Assembly: GCA_002716355.1 (NCBI GenBank)
Contig: PBAU01000002.1
Coordinates: 60,001-92,000, forward strand
Length of the DNA: 32,000 bases
Direction: 5' to 3'
Origin: a bacterium
GTDB lineage: Bacteria > UBP7 > UBA6624
Shown here: in pieces, positions 9,468-18,415 of the stretch
Layout: every line of letters starts with the position of its first letter
Position numbering within the stretch: position 1 is the stretch's first letter
The notes under the pieces: generated by a model
What the model saw: the letters and a program-made list of their open reading frames with translations, nothing else
What the model was told of the DNA's origin: nothing
Databases searched by the model: none
Position numbers and translations under genes: made by a program

Positions 9468-10694
9468 TTAGTTTACCACTTTCTTGCCTTCAACAAACAG
9501 CATCTTCAGTTTGTTATTTTTTTCAAAAAATTTATCAATATTGTTTTTCCACACACCCAAATCGGCAATATAGCCTTTTTTGATTTTTCCAATTTTGGTC
9601 AAACCTATAGTTTTGGCAGGAATAGATGTGATTGATTTCAAAATTTCTTCATTTGTCATATTCAAGTCTCGCAAGGCCAGCCTTCCAATGTCTAATAAGG
9701 ATGTGCAAAAAGACGAACCTGCATTCAGGTCTGTTGCCAAAAACACTTCAACACCAGAGTCAATTAAAAATCTTGCATTTGGCTGGATGTTGGTGTCAAG
9801 TTCAATATTGCACATGGGTAAAATCCCAACCACAATTCCACTTTCAGATAGCTTTTCTACATCACCAGTTTTTAAATGTTCAGCATGATCAATTGATGAT
9901 GCTCCATATCTGACCGCAATGTCAACTCCATTCATTTCTGAAAATTGACCTGCATGCAATGTTATCTGATAGCCAAGTGAGCAAGCATGAGAGAGAAGGA
10001 ATTCAGTTTCCTCTTGGGAGAATGCGCCACTCTCTAAAAAGACATCAAATCTATTTGTTAGATTTTCTTGTCGTGCGATTTTAGCAGTATCTACCACTTC
10101 TTCAAGATATTCCTTTCTGTTTTTTTCATCTGGAACTGTATGTGCCATTAGCAATGTTGGGACTATTCGTGTTTTGTTCTCTTTTGACCATTCCGCATAT
10201 AGCCTTAAATGGTTTAATTCATCTTTTTTAGATAAACCATAACCAGTTTTTACCTCTATTGTTGTTGTGCCAGTCGCTTGCATTTTTAAAAATCTTGTAT
10301 CCATGAGTTTCTTAAGTTGTCTATTTGATGATTCACAAGTTTTTTGAACTGTATACTTGATCCCGCCACCTGCCTTCAGGATATCAATATAAGAGGCACC
10401 CTGTTTGCGCATTTCTTTTTCAAAATGTCGATTGCCTGCATGGAGAATATGGGTGTGTGCATCCACCAAGCCAGGCGTAATGAAGGATGCTCCAAGGTCG
10501 ATATGTTCCATATTTGCACCTTGCAACAATGACTGTCTGGCTTTCTCACCAGAACCGTGATTGTGAATAAGGCCATTTTTGACATGTATGGAATTAGGGC
10601 CTGGCACAATCCTTTCGCCATCCCATACATTGCCGCTTGTTGTTAGAAGGTATTCCACATAAGAATCATATTGTCGCATTGTAGAATTTTTCAT
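9468..10694 (-). CDS. hutI: imidazolonepropionase
   Basis: PGLVDAHTHIL, YIDILKAGGGI, TTTIEVKTGYGL, a metal-dependent amidohydrolase His/Asp pattern, and DLNAGSS. The track start at 10721 is a TTG. I prefer the ATG at 10694 (MKNST..), and 10679 (MRQYD..) is also possible. Confidence 0.9.
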   Translation of the reverse strand: MKNSTMRQYDSYVEYLLTTSGNVWDGERIVPGPNSIHVKNGLIHNHGSGEKARQSLLQGANMEHIDLGASFITPGLVDAHTHILHAGNRHFEKEMRKQGASYIDILKAGGGIKYTVQKTCESSNRQLKKLMDTRFLKMQATGTTTIEVKTGYGLSKKDELNHLRLYAEWSKENKTRIVPTLLMAHTVPDEKNRKEYLEEVVDTAKIARQENLTNRFDVFLESGAFSQEETEFLLSHACSLGYQITLHAGQFSEMNGVDIAVRYGASSIDHAEHLKTGDVEKLSESGIVVGILPMCNIELDTNIQPNARFLIDSGVEVFLATDLNAGSSFCTSLLDIGRLALRDLNMTNEEILKSITSIPAKTIGLTKIGKIKKGYIADLGVWKNNIDKFFEKNNKLKMLFVEGKKVVN

Positions 10695-10695
10695 T

Positions 10696-12198
10696 ATGAA
10701 TCCAAAAAAAGCTTTTTCCAAATTAAAAAAAATATCAGAAGACTCTCATGCAATTAGCGACGTAAGTGCAATTGTGAGCTGGGACCAGGAGGTAAACATG
10801 CCTCCAAAAGGTTTAGAGAACAGGGGCAGAATGATGTCCTGGCTTGCACAGCAAAGACACAAAAATGCAACTAATCCAGAGATTGGAGAGGCCTTGGAAA
10901 CAACCCGTTCTGGTGACTGGAACGAAAAGGAAAAAGCTTGCTTGAGGGAATGGCAAAGAGGTTGGGACCTTTCAACCAAGATACCGGCTGACTTGGTTCA
11001 AAGAGCAGCACTGGCTTCAGTCAAGGGGCATGAATCATGGAAGTCTGCCAGGGAGAAGAATGATTTTTCCATTTTTAGAGATGATCTAAAAGAGCTTATT
11101 GACCTCAGCAAAGAACGAGCCGAATGTATTGGTTATACAACTGAATCCTATGATGCGCTTTTGGACATGTACCAAGCTGGCATGAATGTTCAAGGTATTG
11201 ATGCATTATTTACAAATTTAAAAAACAAATTAACCCCTTTATTGGAGGAAATTCTTGATTGGCAGGGAGAGATTGAGGATGATCCTGTTGCAGGTCATTA
11301 CTCACAAGAAGAGCAGAAAAAATTCTGTGAGTGGGGTGCAAAGCATATCGGTTTTGATTTTGATGCAGGCAGGATTGACACTGCAGTACATCCATTTTGC
11401 TCTGGTGCTGGACCAGGTGACATAAGGCTTACAACAAGATACAATCTTGAAAATCCTTTTGACTCTTTCTTTGGTTCATTGCATGAAACTGGTCATGGAC
11501 TTTACGAACAGGGCTTACCTTCAGGAAAGGATGAGTATGGAACACCATTGAGTGAATCTGTTTCATTAGGCATTCATGAAAGTCAATCTTTATTCTGGGA
11601 ATCAATTGTTGGCCAAAGTCCCGAATTTTGGGAATACGTGCTTCCTTTTTTCAAAGAGCACTTCCCCGGCAGGGCTGATTCGGTCACACATGCACAAATC
11701 GTCAGGAGGACAAACAAGGTTTCAAGATCACTCATTAGGGTTGAAGCAGACGAGGTTACATATCCGCTTCATGTTATTTTGCGATTCGAAATCGAGAGGG
11801 ATATTTTTAGAGGTAATTTATCTGTAGACGATTTGCCTGACGCTTGGAACCAAAAGATGCAAGAGCTTATTGGTGTAACTCCACCCAACAACACTTTGGG
11901 CGTGCTGCAGGATGTGCATTGGTCAATGGGTGGTTTTGGGTACTTCCCAACTTATGCTCTCGGCAGGCTGTATTCAGCTCAATTCACAGAAACACTTTCC
12001 AAGGATGTTCCAAGCTGGAAAGATGATATGGCTAAAGGTGATTGTTCTCCAGCTTTGGAATGGTCACGAAAAAATATTCATTCAAGAGGTTCAATTTACA
12101 GAACTGAACAATTGATTGAAAAAGTGACAGGCACACCACCAAGTGAAGAGCCATTCTTGAATTATTTAAGAAAGAAATATAAGTCGATTTTTAGTTAG
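10696..12198 (+). CDS. M32 family metallocarboxypeptidase (carboxypeptidase Taq-like)
   Basis: HETGH zinc motif ([12 protein letters not shown]), HESQS, DVHW, and GYFPTYALG typical of M32. Confidence 0.9.
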   Translation: MNPKKAFSKLKKISEDSHAISDVSAIVSWDQEVNMPPKGLENRGRMMSWLAQQRHKNATNPEIGEALETTRSGDWNEKEKACLREWQRGWDLSTKIPADLVQRAALASVKGHESWKSAREKNDFSIFRDDLKELIDLSKERAECIGYTTESYDALLDMYQAGMNVQGIDALFTNLKNKLTPLLEEILDWQGEIEDDPVAGHYSQEEQKKFCEWGAKHIGFDFDAGRIDTAVHPFCSGAGPGDIRLTTRYNLENPFDSFFGSLHETGHGLYEQGLPSGKDEYGTPLSESVSLGIHESQSLFWESIVGQSPEFWEYVLPFFKEHFPGRADSVTHAQIVRRTNKVSRSLIRVEADEVTYPLHVILRFEIERDIFRGNLSVDDLPDAWNQKMQELIGVTPPNNTLGVLQDVHWSMGGFGYFPTYALGRLYSAQFTETLSKDVPSWKDDMAKGDCSPALEWSRKNIHSRGSIYRTEQLIEKVTGTPPSEEPFLNYLRKKYKSIFS

Positions 12199-13918
12199 CT
12201 AAGTCGATATTCATGTCAGAAGCATTTTGTATAGCGTCTTCATAACCTGCATCTGCATGTCTTGCAACACCGATTCCAGGATCATTGGTTAAGACCCTGT
12301 CCAGTCTTTTTTCTTTAGATTTGGTCCCATCAGCAACAACCACCATTCCTGCATGCATAGACATGCCCGTTCCAACTCCGCCTCCACTGTGAAAAGACAC
12401 CCAGGAAGCCCCAGATGCTGCATTTAGCGCAAAATTCAATAATGGCCAATCTGCAACAGCATCCGACCCATCAGCCATTGCTTCTGTCTCCCTGCTAGGG
12501 CTTGCAACCGAACCAGTATCCAAATGATCTCTACCTATAACAATAGGGGCATCAAGGGTTTTGTTTTTGACCATGTCATTCATCGCTAAACCCGCTTTAG
12601 CGCGGTCTCCATATTTAAGCCAGCAAATCCTTGTAGGCATACCTTCAAAAGGCACTCTAGTTTGGGCTAATTTAATCCATTGTGCTAAAAATTTATCATC
12701 CGGAAACAACTCCAGCATCCTTTTATCGGTTTTTTCTATATCTTTTTTGTTTCCAGATAATGCTGCCCACCTAAAAGGACCCATACCTTTTGAAAAAAGA
12801 GGCCTGATATAGGCCGGCAAAAAACCAGGATAAATATACTCATTCCCTTTTTTAACCTTTTTAAACCCAGCAAAATAAGCTTGATCCCTAAGGGCATTGC
12901 CATAATCAAAAGCAATTGATCCTCTTTTCTGCATGCCTAAAATTGCATCTACATGTTTCACTATGGTTTCTTGTGATTTTTTTGCATACTCTTTTGGATC
13001 AGATGTTCTAAGTCTATTTAGATCACCAAGATCTCCTTCCGGCCAGTATGACAAAAGGTTATGAGCCGATGTTTGATCTGTAACTATATCGGGAATCTCA
13101 TCTCGTTTAAGCAATTCTGTGGCAACTGTAGCTATATTGCCAACAAGCCCAACAGATAAACCTTTACCCTGAAGCACAGCTTCATCTTTCCACTTCAAGG
13201 CCTCTTCAAGGCTGTCTGTTATTTTGTCACAGAAACCTTGCTTGACCTTTTTTTCAATTCGTTCTTTTAAAACCTCAACACATATGATGCATGCTCCAGC
13301 CATTGCGCCTGCAAGAGGTTGTGCGCCACTCATCCCACCAACCCCTCCTGTTAATATCCATCTATTTGTTAGGTCAGTGGTTCCATATTCTTTTTCTGCA
13401 AGGGCAACAAATGTTTGGTATGTTCCCTGCAGTATGCCCTGTGTGCCTATGTATATCCATGATCCAGCAGTCATTTGGCCATACATAAACAAACCTTTTC
13501 TATCCAACTCATTAAAGTGTTCGTCATTAGCCCAGTTCGGAACCAAATTGCTATTTGCAATAATTACCCTGGGTGCATCTTCATGTGTTTTCCCTACGTA
13601 AACTGCTTTACCACTTTGAACACAGAGTGTTTCGTCAGGCTGTAATCTTTTAAGAGTATCGAGTATCCGAGCATATTCCTTCCAATTTCTTGCTGCTCTT
13701 CCTGACCCTCCGTATACTATTAATTTTTCCCAATCTATAGCCACTCTTGGATCAAGATTATTTTGAAGCATCCTGTAAGCAGCTTCAATATCCCAATTTT
13801 TACATGTTTTAGATCTTCCAACCGGAGCGCTGGGTGGTTTGTTAGGCTTGGCATCCATAAACATAGGCCTGCCGTAAAGAGATTTTTCGTTAAATTTGTC
13901 TGCTTGAAAAAAGTTCAT
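12191..13918 (-). CDS. hutU: urocanate hydratase
   Basis: Full-length urocanase-like sequence ([58 protein letters not shown]). The track start at 13924 is a TTG. The ATG at 13918 gives a 4-nt ATGA overlap with the upstream ORF. Confidence 0.95.
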   Translation of the reverse strand: MNFFQADKFNEKSLYGRPMFMDAKPNKPPSAPVGRSKTCKNWDIEAAYRMLQNNLDPRVAIDWEKLIVYGGSGRAARNWKEYARILDTLKRLQPDETLCVQSGKAVYVGKTHEDAPRVIIANSNLVPNWANDEHFNELDRKGLFMYGQMTAGSWIYIGTQGILQGTYQTFVALAEKEYGTTDLTNRWILTGGVGGMSGAQPLAGAMAGACIICVEVLKERIEKKVKQGFCDKITDSLEEALKWKDEAVLQGKGLSVGLVGNIATVATELLKRDEIPDIVTDQTSAHNLLSYWPEGDLGDLNRLRTSDPKEYAKKSQETIVKHVDAILGMQKRGSIAFDYGNALRDQAYFAGFKKVKKGNEYIYPGFLPAYIRPLFSKGMGPFRWAALSGNKKDIEKTDKRMLELFPDDKFLAQWIKLAQTRVPFEGMPTRICWLKYGDRAKAGLAMNDMVKNKTLDAPIVIGRDHLDTGSVASPSRETEAMADGSDAVADWPLLNFALNAASGASWVSFHSGGGVGTGMSMHAGMVVVADGTKSKEKRLDRVLTNDPGIGVARHADAGYEDAIQNASDMNIDLAN

Positions 13919-14421
13919 TCCCAACTATCTTCTTTGATGTTTGGGGGTGTTATTTCATATTTTGAAGAAAGTGTTTTTTGCAAATAGAGTGAAGTTGTTG
14001 TGATTCTTTGTACTGATTCAATAATGCATTGCAATGTCAATTCACTCGCTTCTTTATTTTCACATGAATAGAGCCATCCATCGCCAGGAGCAGAAACATT
14101 TGAAAAACTTGAATGCGCAATTGATAAAGAATCTTTTAGAAATGCAATTCTTTTTTCTTGAGGGAATGGTAGGCATTGAGCTTCACTTTTAAAAACAACA
14201 GCTCCATTTTCATCTTTGTGAATTCCAAGAACCACAGGAACCGTTCGACGTGGCCAGAAGCCGATAGAAACACTGTCATCGTCATCTTCCATCGTGTGCT
14301 CCATGAAGTTTATTTTGAGTTTTTTGCAAACCTCCACGAGCAGCTCTCTTCCAAGCCCCAATTCATCTTTTAGAGGTTTTAAGTTGTCAAAAATATTTTC
14401 TGAACCCACTGGATTTATCAT
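13915..14421 (-). CDS. acidic hypothetical protein (168 aa)
   Basis: ORF with an ATG start. Its stop overlaps the hutU start (ATGA). It lies 18 nt downstream of the M24 peptidase gene. No family recognised. A YbjN or chaperone-like fold is only a guess. Confidence 0.5.
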   Translation of the reverse strand: MINPVGSENIFDNLKPLKDELGLGRELLVEVCKKLKINFMEHTMEDDDDSVSIGFWPRRTVPVVLGIHKDENGAVVFKSEAQCLPFPQEKRIAFLKDSLSIAHSSFSNVSAPGDGWLYSCENKEASELTLQCIIESVQRITTTSLYLQKTLSSKYEITPPNIKEDSWE

Positions 14422-14439
14422 AACAATTTAAATAAAAAA

Positions 14440-15606
14440 TTAAACTAAAAACCAATCTTTTTGTGGCTCTGTTGTGACAATTGGAAGAGGATTGATTACT
14501 AGGTTGATCTCACTTCGTATGCCCCATTCTGGATAATAAACACCAGGTTCAATCGTTCCTGCCCATCCTGGAAGCAGCGATCTTGTGTCTTTTGCCTCAT
14601 AGCTGTCTAGTTGAGCAGCATCACCATGGGCGCTTGTAAGTCCCAGATTATGGCCTGTCCTATGAATGAACCCCTCTCCAAATCCATGATTTTCAATTAC
14701 ATTTCTAACAGCCTGGTCAACCTCATAACCGGCAATCGATCTTTTCTCCAAAAAAGCTCTCTTTATTACCTGAACCCCCGCATCTCTGGCTTCTAAAACA
14801 GCATAAAAACCCTTGTCGATAACCTTGTCAACTTTTCCTCGTTTTGCCATCCATGTTATATCGGCATATGCAGGTTTGTCAGATTTTTTTGTTGCCCATA
14901 AATCTATAAGAAGCACAAAATTTTCTCCCAATCTTGCACTTCCCTCTTTTGGTGTTGCGTAATGGGGATCGCCAGCATTTCCATTAACTGCAACTACAGG
15001 TGGATGGTCAGTTGTCATGCCCATTTCTTCAAAACTTTCTAGTATCCAATTTTGAACCATTGATTCATCCAGTTCAAAAGGTTTTGCCTTAGACACTCGA
15101 TCAAAAACACCTTGGACTATTGATGTTAAATTTATTGCTGATTCACAATGGGATTCAATTGTTTTTTCGGACCATAGTAAAAGATGTTCCTGCGAGATGT
15201 TTTCACTACTTTTTAAACTGCAATCCATTGATCTTAGTAGGTCAATCAACCCCCCATCAAGATAAGAGAGATAGGGAATCTTGCCATCTTCACACCATTC
15301 CACATAAATGGTTTTTCCTGCAATCATTGATGTCAATGTTCTTTTCCAATCTTCAAAATTTTGATATTTTCTAATTTGCACATCAGTGAATGCCAGACTT
15401 TTTGATTCAATTCCATTGACAATCATTTCTGCTTTTCCTTTTTTTGGAATCCAGAGCGCCCATCGCCTGCTTAAAAACACATTATCTGGTAAAAATTTTC
15501 TAGCAATTGGATTATGTGAATGGAAATCTGCAACAAACCATCCATCAACTGCATGGCTGGAAAGGTTGTTTTGAATTTCTTTAATCAATAAATCGAGTTG
15601 TTTCAT
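14440..15606 (-). CDS. M24 family metallopeptidase (Xaa-Pro aminopeptidase/creatinase-like)
   Basis: C-terminal pita-bread domain motifs are present: LIDLWA..., HRTGHNLG, GTIEPGVYY, GIRSEINLV. Confidence 0.8.
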   Translation of the reverse strand: MKQLDLLIKEIQNNLSSHAVDGWFVADFHSHNPIARKFLPDNVFLSRRWALWIPKKGKAEMIVNGIESKSLAFTDVQIRKYQNFEDWKRTLTSMIAGKTIYVEWCEDGKIPYLSYLDGGLIDLLRSMDCSLKSSENISQEHLLLWSEKTIESHCESAINLTSIVQGVFDRVSKAKPFELDESMVQNWILESFEEMGMTTDHPPVVAVNGNAGDPHYATPKEGSARLGENFVLLIDLWATKKSDKPAYADITWMAKRGKVDKVIDKGFYAVLEARDAGVQVIKRAFLEKRSIAGYEVDQAVRNVIENHGFGEGFIHRTGHNLGLTSAHGDAAQLDSYEAKDTRSLLPGWAGTIEPGVYYPEWGIRSEINLVINPLPIVTTEPQKDWFLV

Positions 15607-15634
15607 TGTGGAAAATTTTATACTATGCTAAGTT

Positions 15635-16435
15635 ATGTTTTTTCTAATGATGTTGTTAATGAAACCATGCCTCGGGCATGATCAGCATTGTGACAAAAGA
15701 TACGACGAGCTTTCTTACCTTGTTACGCATAATGCGATGTCGACATCAGAAGATAGATGGCTTTTCCCCAACCAGGATCGAGGTCTCATTGCTCAGCTGA
15801 ACGATGGCGTTAGAGGCTTGTCGTGGGACATCTACGAGCATAATCAGGAGGTTTATCTTTGCCATGGTTATTGCTGGCTTGGAAAAAGGAAATTAATGCA
15901 TGACCTTGTTGAACTCAAAGGTTGGCTAGATGATAACCCCAGAGAGATAGTCTCGATTTTTTTTGAAAGCTATGTCGGGAAGAAGCCGGTTGTCGAGCTT
16001 TTTGAGCAGTCTGGAATGATTAGCTATGTTCACCATCAAGCCCTTGAGCAAGATTGGCCATCCATAATTGATATGATCGACAGCGGAAAAAGGGTTGTTG
16101 TTTTCACAAGTCGGGAAGGCGGTATTGACGACTGGTACCATGATGCCTGGAGGTATGTTTGGGATACAGATTTTTCATACAAAAGCATCGATGACTTTTC
16201 ATGCTCAAGGCTCAGGGGCCCAAAAGACCTTTCAGGTCTTTACAGCATAAATCATTTTTTGACAAACCCACTTGCCTCAAAAACACTTGCCTCAAAAGCA
16301 AACCCGTCTGTTTACAAAAGAGCTGAGAGCTGTTGGGTAAAGACTGGGCAAAGGCCCAATTTTATTTTTGTTGATTTTTATTCGGTCGGAAACACCTTGG
16401 AGGCGGTAAGAAAATTAAACTTGTTACATTTTTAA
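15635..16435 (+). CDS. PI-PLC X-domain-like phosphodiesterase (PLC-like phosphodiesterase superfamily)
   Basis: YLVTHNAMS, NQDRGLIAQLNDGVRGLSWDIY and LCHG resemble bacterial PLCXD-type proteins. A short hydrophobic N-terminus suggests export. Confidence 0.65.
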   Translation: MFFLMMLLMKPCLGHDQHCDKRYDELSYLVTHNAMSTSEDRWLFPNQDRGLIAQLNDGVRGLSWDIYEHNQEVYLCHGYCWLGKRKLMHDLVELKGWLDDNPREIVSIFFESYVGKKPVVELFEQSGMISYVHHQALEQDWPSIIDMIDSGKRVVVFTSREGGIDDWYHDAWRYVWDTDFSYKSIDDFSCSRLRGPKDLSGLYSINHFLTNPLASKTLASKANPSVYKRAESCWVKTGQRPNFIFVDFYSVGNTLEAVRKLNLLHF

Positions 16436-16444
16436 AACAAGTTT
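16417..16444 (+). promoter_or_regulatory. perfect 9-bp inverted repeat AAACTTGTT-N10-AACAAGTTT at the junction of the PLC-like gene and the PhoU-wHTH gene
   Basis: The left arm at 16417-16425 pairs perfectly with the right arm at 16436-16444, with a 10-nt loop containing the PLC-like stop codon (16433-16435). It could be an operator or an RNA hairpin. No downstream U-tract follows, so it is not a classical terminator. Confidence 0.4.
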
Positions 16445-17411
16445 GAATGCACATAACAAATATACAATTGAGAAGATGATGACAGAGGATCGTACAAACA
16501 AGGTTCATTTAAACGTTATCAGGTTAGGCAAGCTGGTTGTTTTTGCGTTAAAAAAAGCTCTTAAGGGTAGCACCTTTAACATAGATGCTTTTCTTGCAAA
16601 ATGCAGAGCAAGAGAGACTGAAATCAACCTGTTAGAGATGGAAATTGAACAGGATCTCCAGACTTTAATGAGACCAGAGCTGGAAGATAAAGATTGTCGT
16701 CACTTTACAGCGTTGTTGAAAATCAATAATGACCTTGAGAGGATTGGCGATTATGCCATGGCGATAGCTAAATATCTTGTTGATGTTGACATGTCAGAAA
16801 CGGTGAAAATTGAATCCAAATTTAAAAAATTATCAAAAGCATCTATAGAGATGCTTGAAAGATCCGTTAAGGCAATAGAGCTTGAAGATATCAACCTAGC
16901 CAAGCAGGTTATTCGTGATGACGATTATGTTGATAAATTGAACAAGGCAATAATCAAGATTCTTTTAAGCAGTAAAAATCCAGATATGGCTTCGGTTGTT
17001 TCGTTGGTTAATTTGTGTAGAAGATTGGAGAGGACAGCAGATCATGCAACCAACATAGCAGAAGATTTGGTTTTTTGGATAGAGGGTGATGTTTTGAGGC
17101 ATCCCACAAAAAAAAGATCCTTTATGTTTAATGAGATTGAAATATATCCAAACAGCAGAGAGATTAAGATTTCAGAAAAGGTCCATCTTTCTAAAAGTGA
17201 ATGGGAGATATTCATACACCTTATAGAAAGATCTCCAGACGGTGTTTCTAGAGAGGATCTTATGAAAAATGCTTTAGGCTACGACTCTTCTGTTGAAACT
17301 CGAACTATCGATCAACACGTGGTTAGATTGCGAAAAAAACTAGGCCACAAAAAAACACTTTTGAAATCTATAGCTGGATTCGGTTACAAAGTGGTTAATT
17401 CAAAGAATTAA
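16443..17411 (+). CDS. PhoU-domain protein fused to a C-terminal OmpR/PhoB-type winged-helix DNA-binding domain, with no receiver domain
   Basis: Residues about 12-220 align to the downstream canonical PhoU and include both ExxxD metal motifs (NDLERIGDYA, LERTADHATNIAEDLVFW). Residues about 226-318 match the PhoB C-terminal domain (LSKSEWEIFIHLIE, VSREDLM, ETRTIDQHVVRLRKKL, GFGYKV). The track start is a TTG at 16443, and the first ATG is at 16476 (MMTEDR..). Confidence 0.85.
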   Translation: MNAHNKYTIEKMMTEDRTNKVHLNVIRLGKLVVFALKKALKGSTFNIDAFLAKCRARETEINLLEMEIEQDLQTLMRPELEDKDCRHFTALLKINNDLERIGDYAMAIAKYLVDVDMSETVKIESKFKKLSKASIEMLERSVKAIELEDINLAKQVIRDDDYVDKLNKAIIKILLSSKNPDMASVVSLVNLCRRLERTADHATNIAEDLVFWIEGDVLRHPTKKRSFMFNEIEIYPNSREIKISEKVHLSKSEWEIFIHLIERSPDGVSREDLMKNALGYDSSVETRTIDQHVVRLRKKLGHKKTLLKSIAGFGYKVVNSKN

Positions 17412-17499
17412 AACAAATTTGTTACAAGTTTTTAAAAAATCACAAAGAATACTATTTAAGATTTCAACTTAAATCCAAAAAGGAGGATTTTATATAAAA
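17412..17499 (+). promoter_or_regulatory. pstS upstream region with a palindrome, shared sequence words and a strong Shine-Dalgarno
   Basis: Largest intergenic gap in the window. Contains a perfect 12-bp palindrome AACAAATTTGTT (17412-17423). TTGTTACA (17419-17426) and ACAAGTTT (17424-17431) are also present at 16421-16428 and 16437-16444. SD AAGGAGGA at 17480-17487 lies 12 nt before the ATG. Confidence 0.45.
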
Positions 17500-18384
17500 A
17501 TGAAATTTAAATTTTCAAGCTTTTTTATATTGTTAGTTTTAGTAGTTACCAGTTGTGCAAGGCCGCAGGATTCTGAAGGAAATGCCGCAGGAAGTAGTTC
17601 CTCGGGAAGCGAGCAAAGCATACAGGTGACAGGCTCTGACACCATGGTTAACTTAGGTCAAGCATGGGCTGAAGAATATACAAAAACGAACCCCAACGCA
17701 TATATTGCTGTTGGTGGCGGAGGCTCTGGTGTTGGGATCGCTGCCTTGATGAATGGAACTGCTGATCTCGCAAATTCATCCAGAGCAATTAAGGACAAAG
17801 AGATCTCAAAGGCAAACGAACTTGGCTTCGGTATCAAGGAGTATATTGTTGGTTGGGATGGGCTTGCTGTTGTCGTTCACCCAGATAATCCAGTTAACCA
17901 ATTGTCAATTTTGCAAATCGCAGAAATTTTTACTGCCAAAATTACAAACTGGAAAGAGGTTGGTGGTGATGATTTAGAGATTGTTTTGTTGTCACGAGAG
18001 GTAAATAGTGGAACACATGTTTACTTCAAAGAAAATGTCGTTGGATCTTTAGGTAAGGGTACTGAATTCAGCGAAGAGGCGTTATTGATGCCAAGTAGCC
18101 AAGCACTTGCTGATGAGGTAACAAATAATATTGGCGCAATTGGCTATTATGGCATGGGTTATTTGTCACCATCACAAAAGCCAATTGATGTATCTGTTGA
18201 TGGGGTTGTTTTTGTTCCACCAACTATAGAAAATGTTCTTAATAAAACATATCCAATTGCGAGACCCCTACACATGTTTTCAAGAGATAACATTTCTGCA
18301 GCAGCAAAAGCTTATATTGAGTGGATAATGGGAGAGGGGGGCCAGGCTGTTGTTGCAGCACAGGATTTTGTCCCCTTGAGCTGA
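17500..18384 (+). CDS. pstS: phosphate ABC transporter substrate-binding lipoprotein
   Basis: Lipobox (VVTSC). PBP-like-2 phosphate-binding motifs are present: GSDTMVNL, GGGGSGVGIAALMNGTADLANSSR, SREVNSGT. Confidence 0.9.
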   Translation: MKFKFSSFFILLVLVVTSCARPQDSEGNAAGSSSSGSEQSIQVTGSDTMVNLGQAWAEEYTKTNPNAYIAVGGGGSGVGIAALMNGTADLANSSRAIKDKEISKANELGFGIKEYIVGWDGLAVVVHPDNPVNQLSILQIAEIFTAKITNWKEVGGDDLEIVLLSREVNSGTHVYFKENVVGSLGKGTEFSEEALLMPSSQALADEVTNNIGAIGYYGMGYLSPSQKPIDVSVDGVVFVPPTIENVLNKTYPIARPLHMFSRDNISAAAKAYIEWIMGEGGQAVVAAQDFVPLS

Positions 18385-18415
18385 CTTTAGCCTGATTTGA
18401 TTAAGATTTGAACTT

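Noticed and set aside
12185-12205. A possible bidirectional terminator between the convergent M32 carboxypeptidase and hutU genes.
   Set aside because: The two stop codons overlap (TTAGTTAG, 12191-12198), leaving no intergenic sequence. I could find no stable GC-rich hairpin in the flanking coding sequence.
17412-17499. A canonical E. coli-type Pho box (CTGTCAT direct repeats) upstream of pstS.
   Set aside because: No CTGTCA-type heptamer is present in the intergenic region. Only the TTGTTACA/ACAAGTTT words, reported separately as a low-confidence candidate operator, are present.
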